Counted from the stretch's first letter, positions 43,965 through 54,779 are shown. The stretch is DNA of 64,000 bases from Pirellulales bacterium (GCA_963733035.1 CAVTBU010000008.1:352001-416000); one strand, 5' to 3'. Made by a program: numbers and translations. The notes: a model not told the origin generated them from the letters alone.

Positions 43965-44138
43965 GAGAGTCCATTTTCGGGATTAACAACACGAGCTAGC
44001 AGCAGTGCGTCGCCAATTGTGCCATGGGCGGGACAATCGGCCAAGAGCGTTTCTAGCCCACCTCTGGCGTTGACAACAATTCGAAAAACTGCGACGGTTC
44101 CCACCCAAAAACCCCCAAATCCTGCCGGAGGCTTGGAC

Positions 44139-45152
44139 ATGGTACGTTCCAACGACAATTGCTGCGTGCTGGGACTGACGTCGACACGGCAGGCTGTCGG
44201 ATTTGGTCTGGCCTACGCCGCAATTGGCGCCCTGGCGGCATCGCTCACCTGGGGCACTTTGGACAGGGATGTTTCCGTTTCGCCGCGACTTGCAAGTGAG
44301 GCCCGGCCGATTTCCATGCATCGAGCATTTGGGCCGGGTATAAACTCCAACGCAGGTTTGGTCGGCGAAGTGGTCTCGGCGGAGTCTTGCTGCGCAAAGC
44401 CCAGCGGATGTCCCGAATGTTCTAGCGACAAAACTTGCACGCACGCTCACCGCTGCGAAGACTGTGCGTTTTGCAAGGCCCGGGCACGGCGTGCCCAGCA
44501 CGCTGCGGTCCGCTTTGTACCGCTCCATAAACGACCCGACTATCATGTTGAGTCGTCCGATATCCTTGCCGTGAACATAACCCCAACGGAATCCGACAAG
44601 CAGCTAATCGATGGCAAACTCTTAGTTCATTCGGACGGCAAGATCGACCTCGGCACATGGGGCAAGCTCCACGTCGCGGGCTTGACCACCAATGAAATTA
44701 GGGACGCGGTAGCGGAATTCATCGACGCGGATGCGAACCGAATGAGCGTGGACGTTTCCGTCCACACGCAGAATAGTCACGTTTATTACGTCGTCACCGA
44801 AGGTGCCTTGGATGGGGATACCGCCGCTCGCTACCCTGTCCAAGGCAACGAAACGGTGCTGGATGCCATCGCATCGGCCGGAACGATCAATGAAATGGGA
44901 AAGAAGCGGATTTGGATCGCGCGACCTACGATTGGCGGCGTCGGCACCGACACAATAATCCCCATTTCGTGGCGCTGGACGTCTCCCACGACGATGGTCT
45001 GCGAGAATCCGCTTCTATTGCCGGGTGATCGAGTGTTTCTGTCGACCCCACCCTCCTGGATCGCCTTTATCGAGCGTGCCGCTGAACTCACGCGGAATCG
45101 CCAAGCAAATCGAGCATTACCGGAGACGTGGACGGAGCCGGCGGTTAGGTAG
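44139..45152 (+). CDS. Polysaccharide biosynthesis/export (Wza-like, SLBB) protein with Cys-rich N-terminal linker
   Basis: PDYHVESSDIL, VHSDGKIDLGTWGKLHVAGLT, GNETVLDAI, IWIARP, LLPGDRVF. Confidence 0.75.
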   Translation: MVRSNDNCCVLGLTSTRQAVGFGLAYAAIGALAASLTWGTLDRDVSVSPRLASEARPISMHRAFGPGINSNAGLVGEVVSAESCCAKPSGCPECSSDKTCTHAHRCEDCAFCKARARRAQHAAVRFVPLHKRPDYHVESSDILAVNITPTESDKQLIDGKLLVHSDGKIDLGTWGKLHVAGLTTNEIRDAVAEFIDADANRMSVDVSVHTQNSHVYYVVTEGALDGDTAARYPVQGNETVLDAIASAGTINEMGKKRIWIARPTIGGVGTDTIIPISWRWTSPTTMVCENPLLLPGDRVFLSTPPSWIAFIERAAELTRNRQANRALPETWTEPAVR

Positions 45153-45186
45153 CATGGCTAGATTGACTTCGTTTCCCGCGATGCAG

Positions 45187-46293
45187 CTAAACTCTTTTCT
45201 TACGCGCGGCCAAAACTGGATCACTCGCCAGCGGCAGTTTCACAACTTTGCCGGTTTCCGCGGCCTTGTAGATCCCCAGGATGATTTCGACCGAACGACG
45301 ACCTTCATGCCCGTCGACCGCTGGTGCGCGGTTCTCTCGAATCGCGTCGAGGACGTCGCGGAACTGTTCCGTATGACCATGATGACCGATGGCGCTCGGG
45401 TCGCTGGCGCCACCGGCCGTGCTGATGCGCTCTGCCATTTTTTTGTGAATCGCCGCGTCGCCGCGACCCTTCTTGGCAAAGTCCCAGACGACGATATCTT
45501 CCTCCTCCATTGCGGCACTACCAGCTGAACCGTGGACTTCGATCCGCTTCAGGTAACCAGGGTAGGCCGCTGTGGAAGCTTCAATGACACCCAATGCGCC
45601 GCTGGCAAACTTGACGGTGGCCACAGCCGTGTCTTCGACGGCAATCCTCTTGTGAGCCAGAAGCCCAGTATGCGCGGTGATTTCGACTACCGGCCCCATC
45701 AGCCAAGTGAGAATATCGACGCTATGGATGGCTTGGTTCATCAAGGCACCACCACCGTCGAGTTCCCACGTACCGCGCCAGGCACCGCTATCATAGTACT
45801 CTTGCGTTCGGTACCACTTCACAGACGACTCGCCGAGCGTCAGACGCCCGAAGCGCCCGTCTTCGACCGCCTGGCGCATGGCGACGCTTGAGCGGTGAAA
45901 CCGCGACGGAAAGATGGCCGACAGTTTAACTTTGTTTTTTTCGCATTCACGAATGATCTGGTCGCAGCGTTTGAGTGTAATCTCAAGCGGCTTTTCAACG
46001 ATCACGTGCTTGCCGGCTCTAGCTGCCGCCAGGGCAGGCTCGAGGTGAGCCCCGCTGGGCGTACCGACCGTCACAACGTCAACTTCGGAATCGGCCAACA
46101 TGTCGTCCAGTTTATGATAAGCCCGACACCCCTGAGCTGCGGCCAGTCGATCAGCCGCCGCAGGTACTGCGTCGAAGCATGCCACAAGCCGCGCTCCACG
46201 AATGTCCGCAATCGCCTTGGCATGAAAACTGGCAATCATGCCACAGCCAATGATCCCGAAGCCGTAGTTCTTCGCTTTTGCCACTTTAGCCAC
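45187..46293 (-). CDS. Gfo/Idh/MocA family oxidoreductase
   Basis: GIIGCGMIA, TPSGAH, KHVIVEKP, GGGALMNQAIH. Confidence 0.9.
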   Translation of the reverse strand: MAKVAKAKNYGFGIIGCGMIASFHAKAIADIRGARLVACFDAVPAAADRLAAAQGCRAYHKLDDMLADSEVDVVTVGTPSGAHLEPALAAARAGKHVIVEKPLEITLKRCDQIIRECEKNKVKLSAIFPSRFHRSSVAMRQAVEDGRFGRLTLGESSVKWYRTQEYYDSGAWRGTWELDGGGALMNQAIHSVDILTWLMGPVVEITAHTGLLAHKRIAVEDTAVATVKFASGALGVIEASTAAYPGYLKRIEVHGSAGSAAMEEEDIVVWDFAKKGRGDAAIHKKMAERISTAGGASDPSAIGHHGHTEQFRDVLDAIRENRAPAVDGHEGRRSVEIILGIYKAAETGKVVKLPLASDPVLAARKKRV

Positions 46294-46411
46294 CGTGCGA
46301 GTCTCCCCCAAGTTTCTCAAGAGTCGTGTGGAAGTGGCGATTTTAAAAGCCCCGAAGCGCGAATGAAAGGGTGGGGGGGCGTGCTTCCTGTCTCCTTCCC
46401 AGTGCACGTGG

Positions 46412-47284
46412 CTATTGTGCCTCACCCGGCATGAAATACATGATCCACATATTGAGCATCGTCCAACCATTGACGCCCGTATGAATGACGATTGAGGGAA
46501 GGATGCGGTGCGTTTGGCGGTATGCGTAGCCCAAAAAAAGGGACAACACGAAAATCGCCGCGGGATCGGGTCCTGCCGCGGCATGCATTGCCGCGAAAAG
46601 GGACGAGGCGATGAGCAGCGGTGCAAAACCTGGCATCTCCGAATGATCCGGATTTCGAACCTTGCGAATACGAACCTGCTCCGCCTCCAACCAACCCTGC
46701 AAAACCACGCGGAAAACGAACTCCTCAAGCCACGGCGCAACCCCCACTGCTGCAAACGTCGCCAACACCATGATCCCCAAGTTTGGGCGGTGCCTGGCCA
46801 GTTCCAAGACAGGCTGCTTTGAGGGAATGCCGAGGTATTCCGTAAAAAAGACCTGGATCACCATCACCGGCACGATGGCGGCCAGGAACAGCCAAAAACC
46901 GGTGCGCATGTCGGCCGCCAGGTGCGACTTGTCCCATCCCAGGTCATCAAGGTACGCTCCCCGCTGGAGAAGATAGACGACGGCGAACGCAAACCACAAT
47001 AAATGTGCGGCCGAAGAGGTCGCTAACATGGATGGAACTTGTGCGTCCTCGGTGCCTCCCGCCCAAAAGAGGCCGACATTCGCGGCCAAGATTTCTAAGC
47101 ACAAGAACGACAATGCCAGAATCAGCATGTCGACAGCCACCCACGGCACTGGCAATCGTGGCGCCAACAGTACCAGCGGCTGGCGGTGCCGAACTCGCCA
47201 AACAATGCGCACCCAGGAGAGGAGACTGCCGCCGATTAGAAGCAGCGACAGCCCACCAATCACGGCCCCAGCGTTGTCGTTCAT
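46412..47284 (-). CDS. CPBP (Abi/CAAX) intramembrane metalloprotease
   Basis: APWLEEFVFR, FAAMH, HTGVN. Confidence 0.85.
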   Translation of the reverse strand: MNDNAGAVIGGLSLLLIGGSLLSWVRIVWRVRHRQPLVLLAPRLPVPWVAVDMLILALSFLCLEILAANVGLFWAGGTEDAQVPSMLATSSAAHLLWFAFAVVYLLQRGAYLDDLGWDKSHLAADMRTGFWLFLAAIVPVMVIQVFFTEYLGIPSKQPVLELARHRPNLGIMVLATFAAVGVAPWLEEFVFRVVLQGWLEAEQVRIRKVRNPDHSEMPGFAPLLIASSLFAAMHAAAGPDPAAIFVLSLFLGYAYRQTHRILPSIVIHTGVNGWTMLNMWIMYFMPGEAQ

Positions 47285-47321
47285 GATCGCTCGCGGGATG
47301 CCGCGCTACGGGGCTCAAAGG

Positions 47322-47912
47322 CTAGCGATTGCCCCTCAGAAGTACGACGGCCCGCTGAATGTAGGCCAGCCCCGAGTATAGTGTCAGCAGAATGGCCGCC
47401 CACACACTCAAGAGTAAGGTCCACTGGAGCCACTCTGGTCGTGGCCCGACTTGAGAAAGGGCGAAGAGTGAAAATCCAGCGGCCAAGCATTGCAGAACCA
47501 TCTTGAGCTTGCCGGCCATATTGGCCGAAAAATCGGCTCCTTCGCCCTCAAGATAGCTGCGCAGCGCCGTTACAAGCAGTTCGCGACCCACGATGACCAC
47601 GGCCATCCAGGCGGTTACGCCGGAGTCGGGCACTGCCACCAGGAAGATAAACGTGCCGCAAATGATAATCTTATCGACAAACGGGTCGAGAATGCGGCCT
47701 AAATTGGTCACTTGGCCGTATTTGCGGGCCCAGTAGCCGTCAAGCCAGTCGGTGCTGGCCGCGACGACAAAAAGCACCAAGCTCGTTAGGTAGTACTGCA
47801 AGGCGATAAACACGAACAGCACGATCGACAAAAGCAATCGCGAAACCGTCAATTGATTTGGGACGTTGAACAGCGGTTGCTGGGCCGCAGCTTTTTCTGT
47901 GACGACCGACAT
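47322..47912 (-). CDS. pgsA: CDP-diacylglycerol--glycerol-3-phosphate 3-phosphatidyltransferase
   Basis: PNQLTVSR, TDWLDGYWAR...GRILDPFVDK, GKLKM. Confidence 0.92.
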   Translation of the reverse strand: MSVVTEKAAAQQPLFNVPNQLTVSRLLLSIVLFVFIALQYYLTSLVLFVVAASTDWLDGYWARKYGQVTNLGRILDPFVDKIIICGTFIFLVAVPDSGVTAWMAVVIVGRELLVTALRSYLEGEGADFSANMAGKLKMVLQCLAAGFSLFALSQVGPRPEWLQWTLLLSVWAAILLTLYSGLAYIQRAVVLLRGNR

Positions 47913-47960
47913 GATGCACTTCGCCTCCTAGCAGCCTGGGTTTGCTAATGCAGGGCTCGT

Positions 47961-49403
47961 TTAGCGGGGCTTGTCGACTGCGACTCCTACTAAATCATAG
48001 TTGCTCGTGGCCACGATTTCACATTGCACCAGTTGGCCGGGCCGCAGCCTCCTACCCGAAACATACACCACGCCGTCGACATCGGGCGCATCCGCCATGC
48101 TGCGGCCAATCCATGCGTCGCTTTCACCCGGCACCAAACTGTCGATCAACACGTCGAATTTCCGCCCCACTTGCCGGGCATTCCGGTTGAACGCAATCTG
48201 CTGCTGGACGGCCATCAGACGCTCCCGGCGCGATTCCTTCACTTCGTCAGGCACATGGTCCGGCAACCGGGCGGCCGGCGTATCCGGCTCGAACGAGTAG
48301 CTGAAAACCCCTAAACGCTCGAATTCCTGGGCGGATACGAAATCCAACAACTCCTCGAATTGCTCACTGGTTTCGCCCGGAAAACCCGTGATGAACGTCG
48401 TTCGTAACGTCAGGTTTGCAATCCGGCTACGGAGTTTGACGAGGAGTTCCTCGGTCGACGCACGATCTACTCGGCGCTGCATCCGCTTGAGCATCGTGTC
48501 GTTAATATGCTGCAGCGGCAAGTCGAGATAAGGGATGACCTTCTTGCTCGTGGCTATCTTTTCGATCAGGTCGTCTCCGAAGTACATCGGGTAAAGATAC
48601 ATCAGCCGAATCCATTCGATTCCATCGACCTTTTCCAATTCGCCCAGAAGCTGGACAAGCCGCGGTTCGCCATACAGATCGATACCGTAGTAGGTCGTAT
48701 CTTGAGCCACGATGACCAACTCTCGAACACCGTCAGCCGCGAGTTCTCGGGCTTCTGCCACGATCTCTTCGATCGCCTTGGTGGCATGCTTGCCGCGCAT
48801 TTTTGGAATTGCACAGAAAGTGCACAGTCGATCACAGCCTTCTGAAATCTTCAGGAATGCAAAATGTCGCGGAGTAATCCGCAAGCGGTCCCGGTCCACG
48901 AGCGGAACTGACGGCGCCGGCCGGAATACGGTCCGCTGCTCGTCCAACCCACCGATCAGCCGGTCGGCCACCTTGGTCACCTGCTCGCGGCCAAAAACTC
49001 CGACCAGATGATCAATGTCAGGCATCGTTGTGAGGAGAGATTCCCTCTGTCGTTCGGCCAGGCAACCGGAAACGATCACGCCGCGAATTTCCCCTTTACG
49101 TTTCAGTTCGAGCATCTCTTCGATGACTGAAAACGATTCTGCGCGTGCCCGTTCGATGAATCCACAAGTATTCACGACCACGAAATCGGCGCCGGCCGGC
49201 TCCTGTACTAACCGGTAGCCATCGAGTTGCAACAGCCCCAACATCCGCTCGCTGTCAACTAAGTTTTTGGGGCAGCCAAGACTAACGAACGAATACGTTC
49301 CTTTGGCGATCGCGGGTACGGCGGGCGGAGTCGCGGGTTCGGGTGAGGTGGTTGACAAGGTGGGACGATCCGTCAATTGAGCGTCGAAAAGGGAGAGCAG
49401 CAA
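47961..49403 (-). CDS. rimO: Ribosomal protein S12 methylthiotransferase (start may be TTG 49358)
   Basis: SLGCPKNLVDSE, NTCGFI, KISEGCDRLCTFCAIP radical SAM motif, DAPDVDG TRAM domain. Confidence 0.93.
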   Translation of the reverse strand: MLLSLFDAQLTDRPTLSTTSPEPATPPAVPAIAKGTYSFVSLGCPKNLVDSERMLGLLQLDGYRLVQEPAGADFVVVNTCGFIERARAESFSVIEEMLELKRKGEIRGVIVSGCLAERQRESLLTTMPDIDHLVGVFGREQVTKVADRLIGGLDEQRTVFRPAPSVPLVDRDRLRITPRHFAFLKISEGCDRLCTFCAIPKMRGKHATKAIEEIVAEARELAADGVRELVIVAQDTTYYGIDLYGEPRLVQLLGELEKVDGIEWIRLMYLYPMYFGDDLIEKIATSKKVIPYLDLPLQHINDTMLKRMQRRVDRASTEELLVKLRSRIANLTLRTTFITGFPGETSEQFEELLDFVSAQEFERLGVFSYSFEPDTPAARLPDHVPDEVKESRRERLMAVQQQIAFNRNARQVGRKFDVLIDSLVPGESDAWIGRSMADAPDVDGVVYVSGRRLRPGQLVQCEIVATSNYDLVGVAVDKPR

Positions 49404-49454
49404 ACACTTTCCAATCGTATCCGATCGGGGTCAAGGTGGCGAGGGCGACGCCAC

Positions 49455-49483
49455 TTGCAGACAATTGGGGGGATCGCTAGAAT
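49455..49483 (+). promoter_or_regulatory. Sigma70-type promoter of the ImmA/IrrE-like gene
   Basis: TTGCAG-17 nt-TAGAAT, 33 bp upstream of the ATG. Confidence 0.5.
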
Positions 49484-49516
49484 AGTGTACATACGTTCAT
49501 ATTCGAGGCAATCGAA

Positions 49517-50248
49517 ATGCTTCCCGAAATAACTCAGGACGAGTTCTCCGCGGCACTCGATGGAGTCGCGGCCGAGCTTTTGGCCCAGGTGCCAACACCG
49601 GCGCCCCCGGTGGACGCGCTCACGTTGGCCCGCCGATTGGGGCTGGATGTCGCTTGGGACGAAAACCAAGTTGGCCGTGGTCGCACTGCCCGACTGGCGG
49701 GACGCACGAGTGCTGCAAACCAGCCGTCCATCCTGCTGCGACCCGATCCTCGCCGCGAACGACTTCAGTGGGCGATTGCCCACGAGATCGGTGAATGGTG
49801 CGCGTACCAGGTATTTGAATCGCTCTCGGTCGACCCCCTCGAGGCACCGTCAGCCGCCCGCGAATCGGTTGCCAATCATCTCGCTTCGAGAATCCTGTTG
49901 CCGCGGGGGGAGTTTGGCTGTGATGCTCGTGAATGCGGCTGGGACTTGTTCGAGCTTAAAGCCCGGTATTCTACAGCTAGCCACGAATTGATTGCCCGGC
50001 GGATGCTCGATTTCGCGCCCGTGGTAATTATTACTATATTCGATCAGGGGCGCCGCAGTTTCCGACGCGGAAACCTTCCATTTCGGGCGCCACCGTTGGG
50101 ATACTTCGAAGAATCCGTCCGGGAACGCTGTCACCGGCAGGCCGAGGCGGCTGTCGACTCGGATAGCGCACTGCGCGTTCAGGCTTGGCCCATTCACGAA
50201 CCCGGCTGGAAGCGAGAAATCCTCCGCACCGAATGGCTCGCGGAATAA
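49517..50248 (+). CDS. ImmA/IrrE-family metallopeptidase-like protein
   Basis: PPVDA, RERLQWAIAHEIGE, RESVANHLASRILLP. Confidence 0.75.
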   Translation: MLPEITQDEFSAALDGVAAELLAQVPTPAPPVDALTLARRLGLDVAWDENQVGRGRTARLAGRTSAANQPSILLRPDPRRERLQWAIAHEIGEWCAYQVFESLSVDPLEAPSAARESVANHLASRILLPRGEFGCDARECGWDLFELKARYSTASHELIARRMLDFAPVVIITIFDQGRRSFRRGNLPFRAPPLGYFEESVRERCHRQAEAAVDSDSALRVQAWPIHEPGWKREILRTEWLAE

Positions 50249-50256
50249 TGCCCACT

Positions 50257-50835
50257 CTAGCTGTGCATTCGGGGCAGGGGATCTCCCTCGGCAATGACCG
50301 CCGCCTCGGCGACCGCGAGTTCGTCCAACCGAGATCGAATTGATTCCTCGTCGCCAAAATGACAAGCTATCCGGACGTACGTGCTGTGGTGGCGGGCCTC
50401 GGACTCGAAAAGGCTGCCGTAGAATTCAGCAAGCGATGAGTCAGCGACATGCTCGCGGAGCAGGGAAAATCGCTCGCAACTTCGGGCTTCAATCAAGCTG
50501 GCGATTAAAAGTCGATCAATGGCCCGCATGGGCTCGCCTTGCCGCACCAAGTCGTTGAGCGTCCGTCCATAGGAACTCGGCTTGAGAGACTTGTAGTGGA
50601 CCCCGCGGTCCTCCAGCAGTCGCAGTACAAGCTGGAAATGCTCAATTTCCTCGATAATGATTTCGGACAGCTCATGGGAAATCATCGGGGCCGCGGTGCC
50701 GTAGGCGAATAGCAAGTTCATCGCAGTACCGGCAGCCTTCTTCTCGCAGTGTGCGTGATCGATGAGGATGCTATCGAGATCCTGATCGACCTGTCGCAAC
50801 CAGCGTTCATCGGTTTGACTCTTCAGGCCCAGCAT
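50257..50835 (-). CDS. miaE: tRNA-(ms2io6A)-hydroxylase
   Basis: DHAHCEKKAA, EEIEHF, LIEARSCERF, SEARH, PRMHS. Confidence 0.9.
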   Translation of the reverse strand: MLGLKSQTDERWLRQVDQDLDSILIDHAHCEKKAAGTAMNLLFAYGTAAPMISHELSEIIIEEIEHFQLVLRLLEDRGVHYKSLKPSSYGRTLNDLVRQGEPMRAIDRLLIASLIEARSCERFSLLREHVADSSLAEFYGSLFESEARHHSTYVRIACHFGDEESIRSRLDELAVAEAAVIAEGDPLPRMHS

Positions 50836-51097
50836 GCGCGTCTCTCCGGAAATCGCCAAGACTACGGTGTCTGCAATGAGCTTAACGCGTCGAATCAGCG
50901 GCGATAAGGCCTGAAGCACAACAAGTGCTCGCACGGGCCAGCTTTCCACGGCGCGATCGGACGCGAACGGCAAACCGCTCAGATCCGGGCCGTTACGCAC
51001 ACCACCATAAACTCGTGTTCGCAGGCCCCGATGCCGGAATCTATACTGAAAGCAAGCATGGACCCGATAGAATTCGAAGAAGGGGAGGACGTTGGGC

Positions 51098-51742
51098 ATG
51101 ATTCAAGCGCGCGTGTGGCGGTGGTTGCGAGTCTCACTGTTCCTCTTTGCCTCGGGCCTGACGATGCCAAACGTCGCGGGCGAACCATTACCTGGTACCA
51201 ACGACGCGCTTGATGAAGACTATCCTCGGGCCACGCTTCCTGAGGCCGTTTCCGGCGAAGACCTCTGTCTCGTCGACGCACGCGGCTCAAAGGCCACCGT
51301 GCTCATCTGCATGTCTGGAGATTGTCCCATCTCAAACGAGTACGCACCCACAATCGTCAAGATTGCCAAAGCCTATAGCGATCGAGGCGTGGCGTTCATC
51401 GGCATCAATCCGAACGGTGGACAAACACTCGAACTCATGGCCGAATACGCTCGCAAGCACGAACTTCCGTTTCCCTATGTGAAGGATTCTGGCGGCAAGG
51501 TATCTCGGCGAATGCTGTTCAGCGTCACCCCCGAGGTACGCGTGTTCGACGCGGGCGGCAAGTTGGCTTATAGCGGCCGAATCGATGATCGCTATCGTCG
51601 CGGAGGCGCAGGCGACAAGAACGTCGCCAAGGATCTGGAGCGGGCCTTGGATGAAGTGTTGTCTGGCAAGCCTGTTAGCGCTTCACGCACGAAGGCGATG
51701 GGCTGTCCCCTGCAGGTGGCCGTCCCGCGCGATACCAACTAA
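51098..51742 (+). CDS. Secreted redoxin/thioredoxin-family protein
   Basis: DCPISNEY, FIGINPN, TPEVRVFD, YSGRIDDRY, AMGCPL. Confidence 0.85.
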   Translation: MIQARVWRWLRVSLFLFASGLTMPNVAGEPLPGTNDALDEDYPRATLPEAVSGEDLCLVDARGSKATVLICMSGDCPISNEYAPTIVKIAKAYSDRGVAFIGINPNGGQTLELMAEYARKHELPFPYVKDSGGKVSRRMLFSVTPEVRVFDAGGKLAYSGRIDDRYRRGGAGDKNVAKDLERALDEVLSGKPVSASRTKAMGCPLQVAVPRDTN

Positions 51743-51783
51743 TGTTTCGGTATCAAGGCGGATCAATTGCATTCGAACCCGTT

Positions 51784-52455
51784 CTATGCCGCAACGGGAA
51801 TCAGACACAGGATTGCATAGTAGTGGCATGCGCTACCTGCGAGCACCAGTAAATGCCAAGCAGCATGAAAGTAGGGCACGCGGTCGTCTTTCATTAGGAA
51901 CAAGGTGCCAATCGTGTAAAAGATCCCGCCCAGGGCCATCCAACCGAGGATGTGTGACGGTACGATTTCGACAATGGGCTTGATTGCCACGATCGGCAGC
52001 CAGCCAAGCATCACATAGGCCGCAATCGAAACATTATGCAGCCGCGTGTAAAAGATCTTGAAGAAAATCCCCACGAGTGCCAGCGTCCAGACGCAGATAA
52101 AAAGCACCCACCACCAACCATCGCGAAAATAGGTCAGCGCCAGCGGCGTAAACGTACCGGCGATGAGCAGGAAAATACAAACCTGATCGACTGTTCGAAA
52201 GAAGTGACGCAATCGAGGACGTTCGAAACTGTGCGAAAGCGTCGAAGCCGCGTATAGCGCCACGAGGGTGGCGCCGTAGATACCGACACCCACGGCCTGT
52301 AGTCCGTCACCGTCATTCAGGCCTCGATCGAGCAACAGAATCGTTCCCAGGATTGACAGCGCCAGTCCTAGGCCATGCGTGATGGAGTTGGCAACCTCTT
52401 CGGGCCGCGAGAGCGGAGCGGGCAGTTCAGGTAGGTCGACGACGGTGCTGCTCAT
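51784..52455 (-). CDS. Hemolysin III (PAQR) family membrane protein
   Basis: EEVANSITHG, STLSH, IFLLIAGTFTP, FHAAWHLLVLAGSACHY. Confidence 0.88.
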   Translation of the reverse strand: MSSTVVDLPELPAPLSRPEEVANSITHGLGLALSILGTILLLDRGLNDGDGLQAVGVGIYGATLVALYAASTLSHSFERPRLRHFFRTVDQVCIFLLIAGTFTPLALTYFRDGWWWVLFICVWTLALVGIFFKIFYTRLHNVSIAAYVMLGWLPIVAIKPIVEIVPSHILGWMALGGIFYTIGTLFLMKDDRVPYFHAAWHLLVLAGSACHYYAILCLIPVAA

Positions 52456-52890
52456 AAGGGGACAGGTTCCGAGGGAGATTGCTGTGGGGTTCAACTCGCG
52501 GTCACGCGGCGCCAAAATTGGGCCTCGATGCCGGTACTGCAATTCACCTGGCGGCGATGGTCAGCAAGGATGCCCACCGGGCGGCACGAGCGCCGGAGCC
52601 GACCTAGGCGCGATTTGCCAATCCAACCATATTATCGTTATCGACCACCCAACAGGGAAGCGCCAGCGACTGCGAATTGATTTCGGCCTGCCCCATTACC
52701 GCCTGCCTGTTTGGCTCCGCGCAAGCGACATTTACCCCGAAAAACTCGCCTCTCACGGACGCTGTCTTGCTTATTTATTCCACAACCGGCGGTAGGTCCG
52801 GCAAAATCGAAATGGATGTCCCCGCTTCGCGCTCTTCGCTAGGCCGAATTGGCACACCGCCGCCGCACGCTTTTCTCGTGAGATACCAAC

Positions 52891-54747
52891 ATGGCAGGTA
52901 AGCCCAACGATTCCGCGGATGCTGTATCTCACGAGGACAATTACGAGCGCGACGCCCATCAGTGGTTGGCGGATGTCTACCAGGGTGATTCGGTTCGACA
53001 ATTGTCGCCCCGGGCCATCGTCAGCGGCATGTTGATCGGCGGTGTCATGTCAATCTCGAACGTGTATGTCGGGCTAAAGACCGGCTGGGGTCTGGGTGTC
53101 ACGATCACGGCTTCGATAATCGCCTATGCGCTTTTTCGTACGCTGGAAGCGGTTTCGTCGCGGGTCCGCCGCGATCCGTTTACAATCCTCGAGAATTACA
53201 CGATGAGCAGCGCCGCCAGTGCGGCGGGCTACATGTCGACCTCGGGCTTGGTGTCGACCATACCGGCACTTTACATGACTACCGGCCGAGAACTTCTGTG
53301 GTGGGAAATGATGGTCTGGTTGGCGGCCATTTCGATGCTTGGTGTGTTCATGGCCATCCCGCTCAAGCGCCAACTCATCAATATCGACAAGCTGCCGTTC
53401 CCCACGGGCATTGCCACGGCGGAAACGCTAAAAAGTATCCACTCGACCGGCGCGGCGGCGCTATCAAAGGCTTACGCACTTCTTGGCGGTGGATTGCTTG
53501 GTGGCGGTGTCGCGTTGCTGCGCGGCGGATTTCATTTGATCCCGGACGAGATGCCGTTTCTGCCGGCGGCCGGCGCCCGCGCGCTGCTGCAAACCACTAG
53601 TTTCGGATTCGAAGGCTCGCTGGTGCTGGTCGCCGCAGGAGCCATCATCGGCATCCGCGTTGGCGTTTCTATGCTGATCGGAGCGATCGTATATTTTGGT
53701 GTAATTGGTCCGGAGCTCGTGGAGCGAGGTATTACCGATGAGGGCTACGGTATTGCCAAATGGACGCTTTGGCCTGCCACAGCCATGATGGTCACGTCAG
53801 GCCTGTTGGGTTTCGTGCTCCGCTGGCGAACCGTACTTCGTTCAATGGCGAGTATTTTTACAATTTTTAGTTGGCAAGAAAGCAGCGATCCGCTGGACCA
53901 CGTTGAAGTCCCCGGCAAATGGTTCGTGATTGGGACGCTTATTTCCGGCGCGGCCTGTGTTCTATTCGGCCACTACTTGTTCGATATCAACTGGTGGATG
54001 GGCACGCTAGCGGTCCTCACGACCTTCGTGCTGTCAATCGTCGCCGCCCGGGCCACCGGCGAAACCGACATCACACCGATCAGCGCCCTGGGAAAGATTA
54101 CGCAGCTCACTTATGGCGTGATTGCTCCCTCAAACATGACGACCAATCTGATGACGGCCTCGATCACAGCCGGTTCGTCGGCGCACGTGGCCGACTTGCT
54201 CACGGATCTGAAGTGCGGCTATTTACTGGGCGGCAATCCCCGCAAGCAAACGATCTCGCAGTTGTTGGGGGTTGTGGCGGGCACTTTGTTCTGCGTCCCG
54301 GCGTACATGTTGCTGGTGCCCGACCCAGCCAGGATCGGCGAGAATTTTCCCGCCCCCGCGGCGCGTGTATGGGCCAGCGTTGCCGAGATGTTGGCCAAAG
54401 GGTTGGACGCATTGCCGGCAGGCGCCTTGTGGGCAATGCTCGTTGGCGCTGGGATTGGCGTGGTGCTGACTTTGACCGAAGAGTGGGCGCCGCGAAAGTA
54501 CCGCCGCTTCATCCCCTCAGCCACGGGCCTGGGAATTGCGGGAATCATTCCAGCATTCAACTCCGTTTCCATGTTTCTGGGCGCATTTGCCGCTTGGCTC
54601 CTTGCAAAACGGCAAACGGCGCTTGCAGAGGCCTATACTATTCCCGTATCGTCCGGACTGATAGCTGGTGAATCGTTGATGGCCGTGGGAATCAACCTAT
54701 CTGATGCCGTATCAGGGATTGGCGATATGCTGAACTATCGCTCCTGA
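52891..54747 (+). CDS. OPT-family oligopeptide/metal-chelate transporter
   Basis: YVGLKTGW, LENY, LPFPTGIATAE, GETDITP, DLKCGYLLG, FPAPAA, SGLIAGES. Confidence 0.9.
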   Translation: MAGKPNDSADAVSHEDNYERDAHQWLADVYQGDSVRQLSPRAIVSGMLIGGVMSISNVYVGLKTGWGLGVTITASIIAYALFRTLEAVSSRVRRDPFTILENYTMSSAASAAGYMSTSGLVSTIPALYMTTGRELLWWEMMVWLAAISMLGVFMAIPLKRQLINIDKLPFPTGIATAETLKSIHSTGAAALSKAYALLGGGLLGGGVALLRGGFHLIPDEMPFLPAAGARALLQTTSFGFEGSLVLVAAGAIIGIRVGVSMLIGAIVYFGVIGPELVERGITDEGYGIAKWTLWPATAMMVTSGLLGFVLRWRTVLRSMASIFTIFSWQESSDPLDHVEVPGKWFVIGTLISGAACVLFGHYLFDINWWMGTLAVLTTFVLSIVAARATGETDITPISALGKITQLTYGVIAPSNMTTNLMTASITAGSSAHVADLLTDLKCGYLLGGNPRKQTISQLLGVVAGTLFCVPAYMLLVPDPARIGENFPAPAARVWASVAEMLAKGLDALPAGALWAMLVGAGIGVVLTLTEEWAPRKYRRFIPSATGLGIAGIIPAFNSVSMFLGAFAAWLLAKRQTALAEAYTIPVSSGLIAGESLMAVGINLSDAVSGIGDMLNYRS

Positions 54748-54779
54748 AGTCTTGAAGAATCTAACCACGCAGCGAGACG

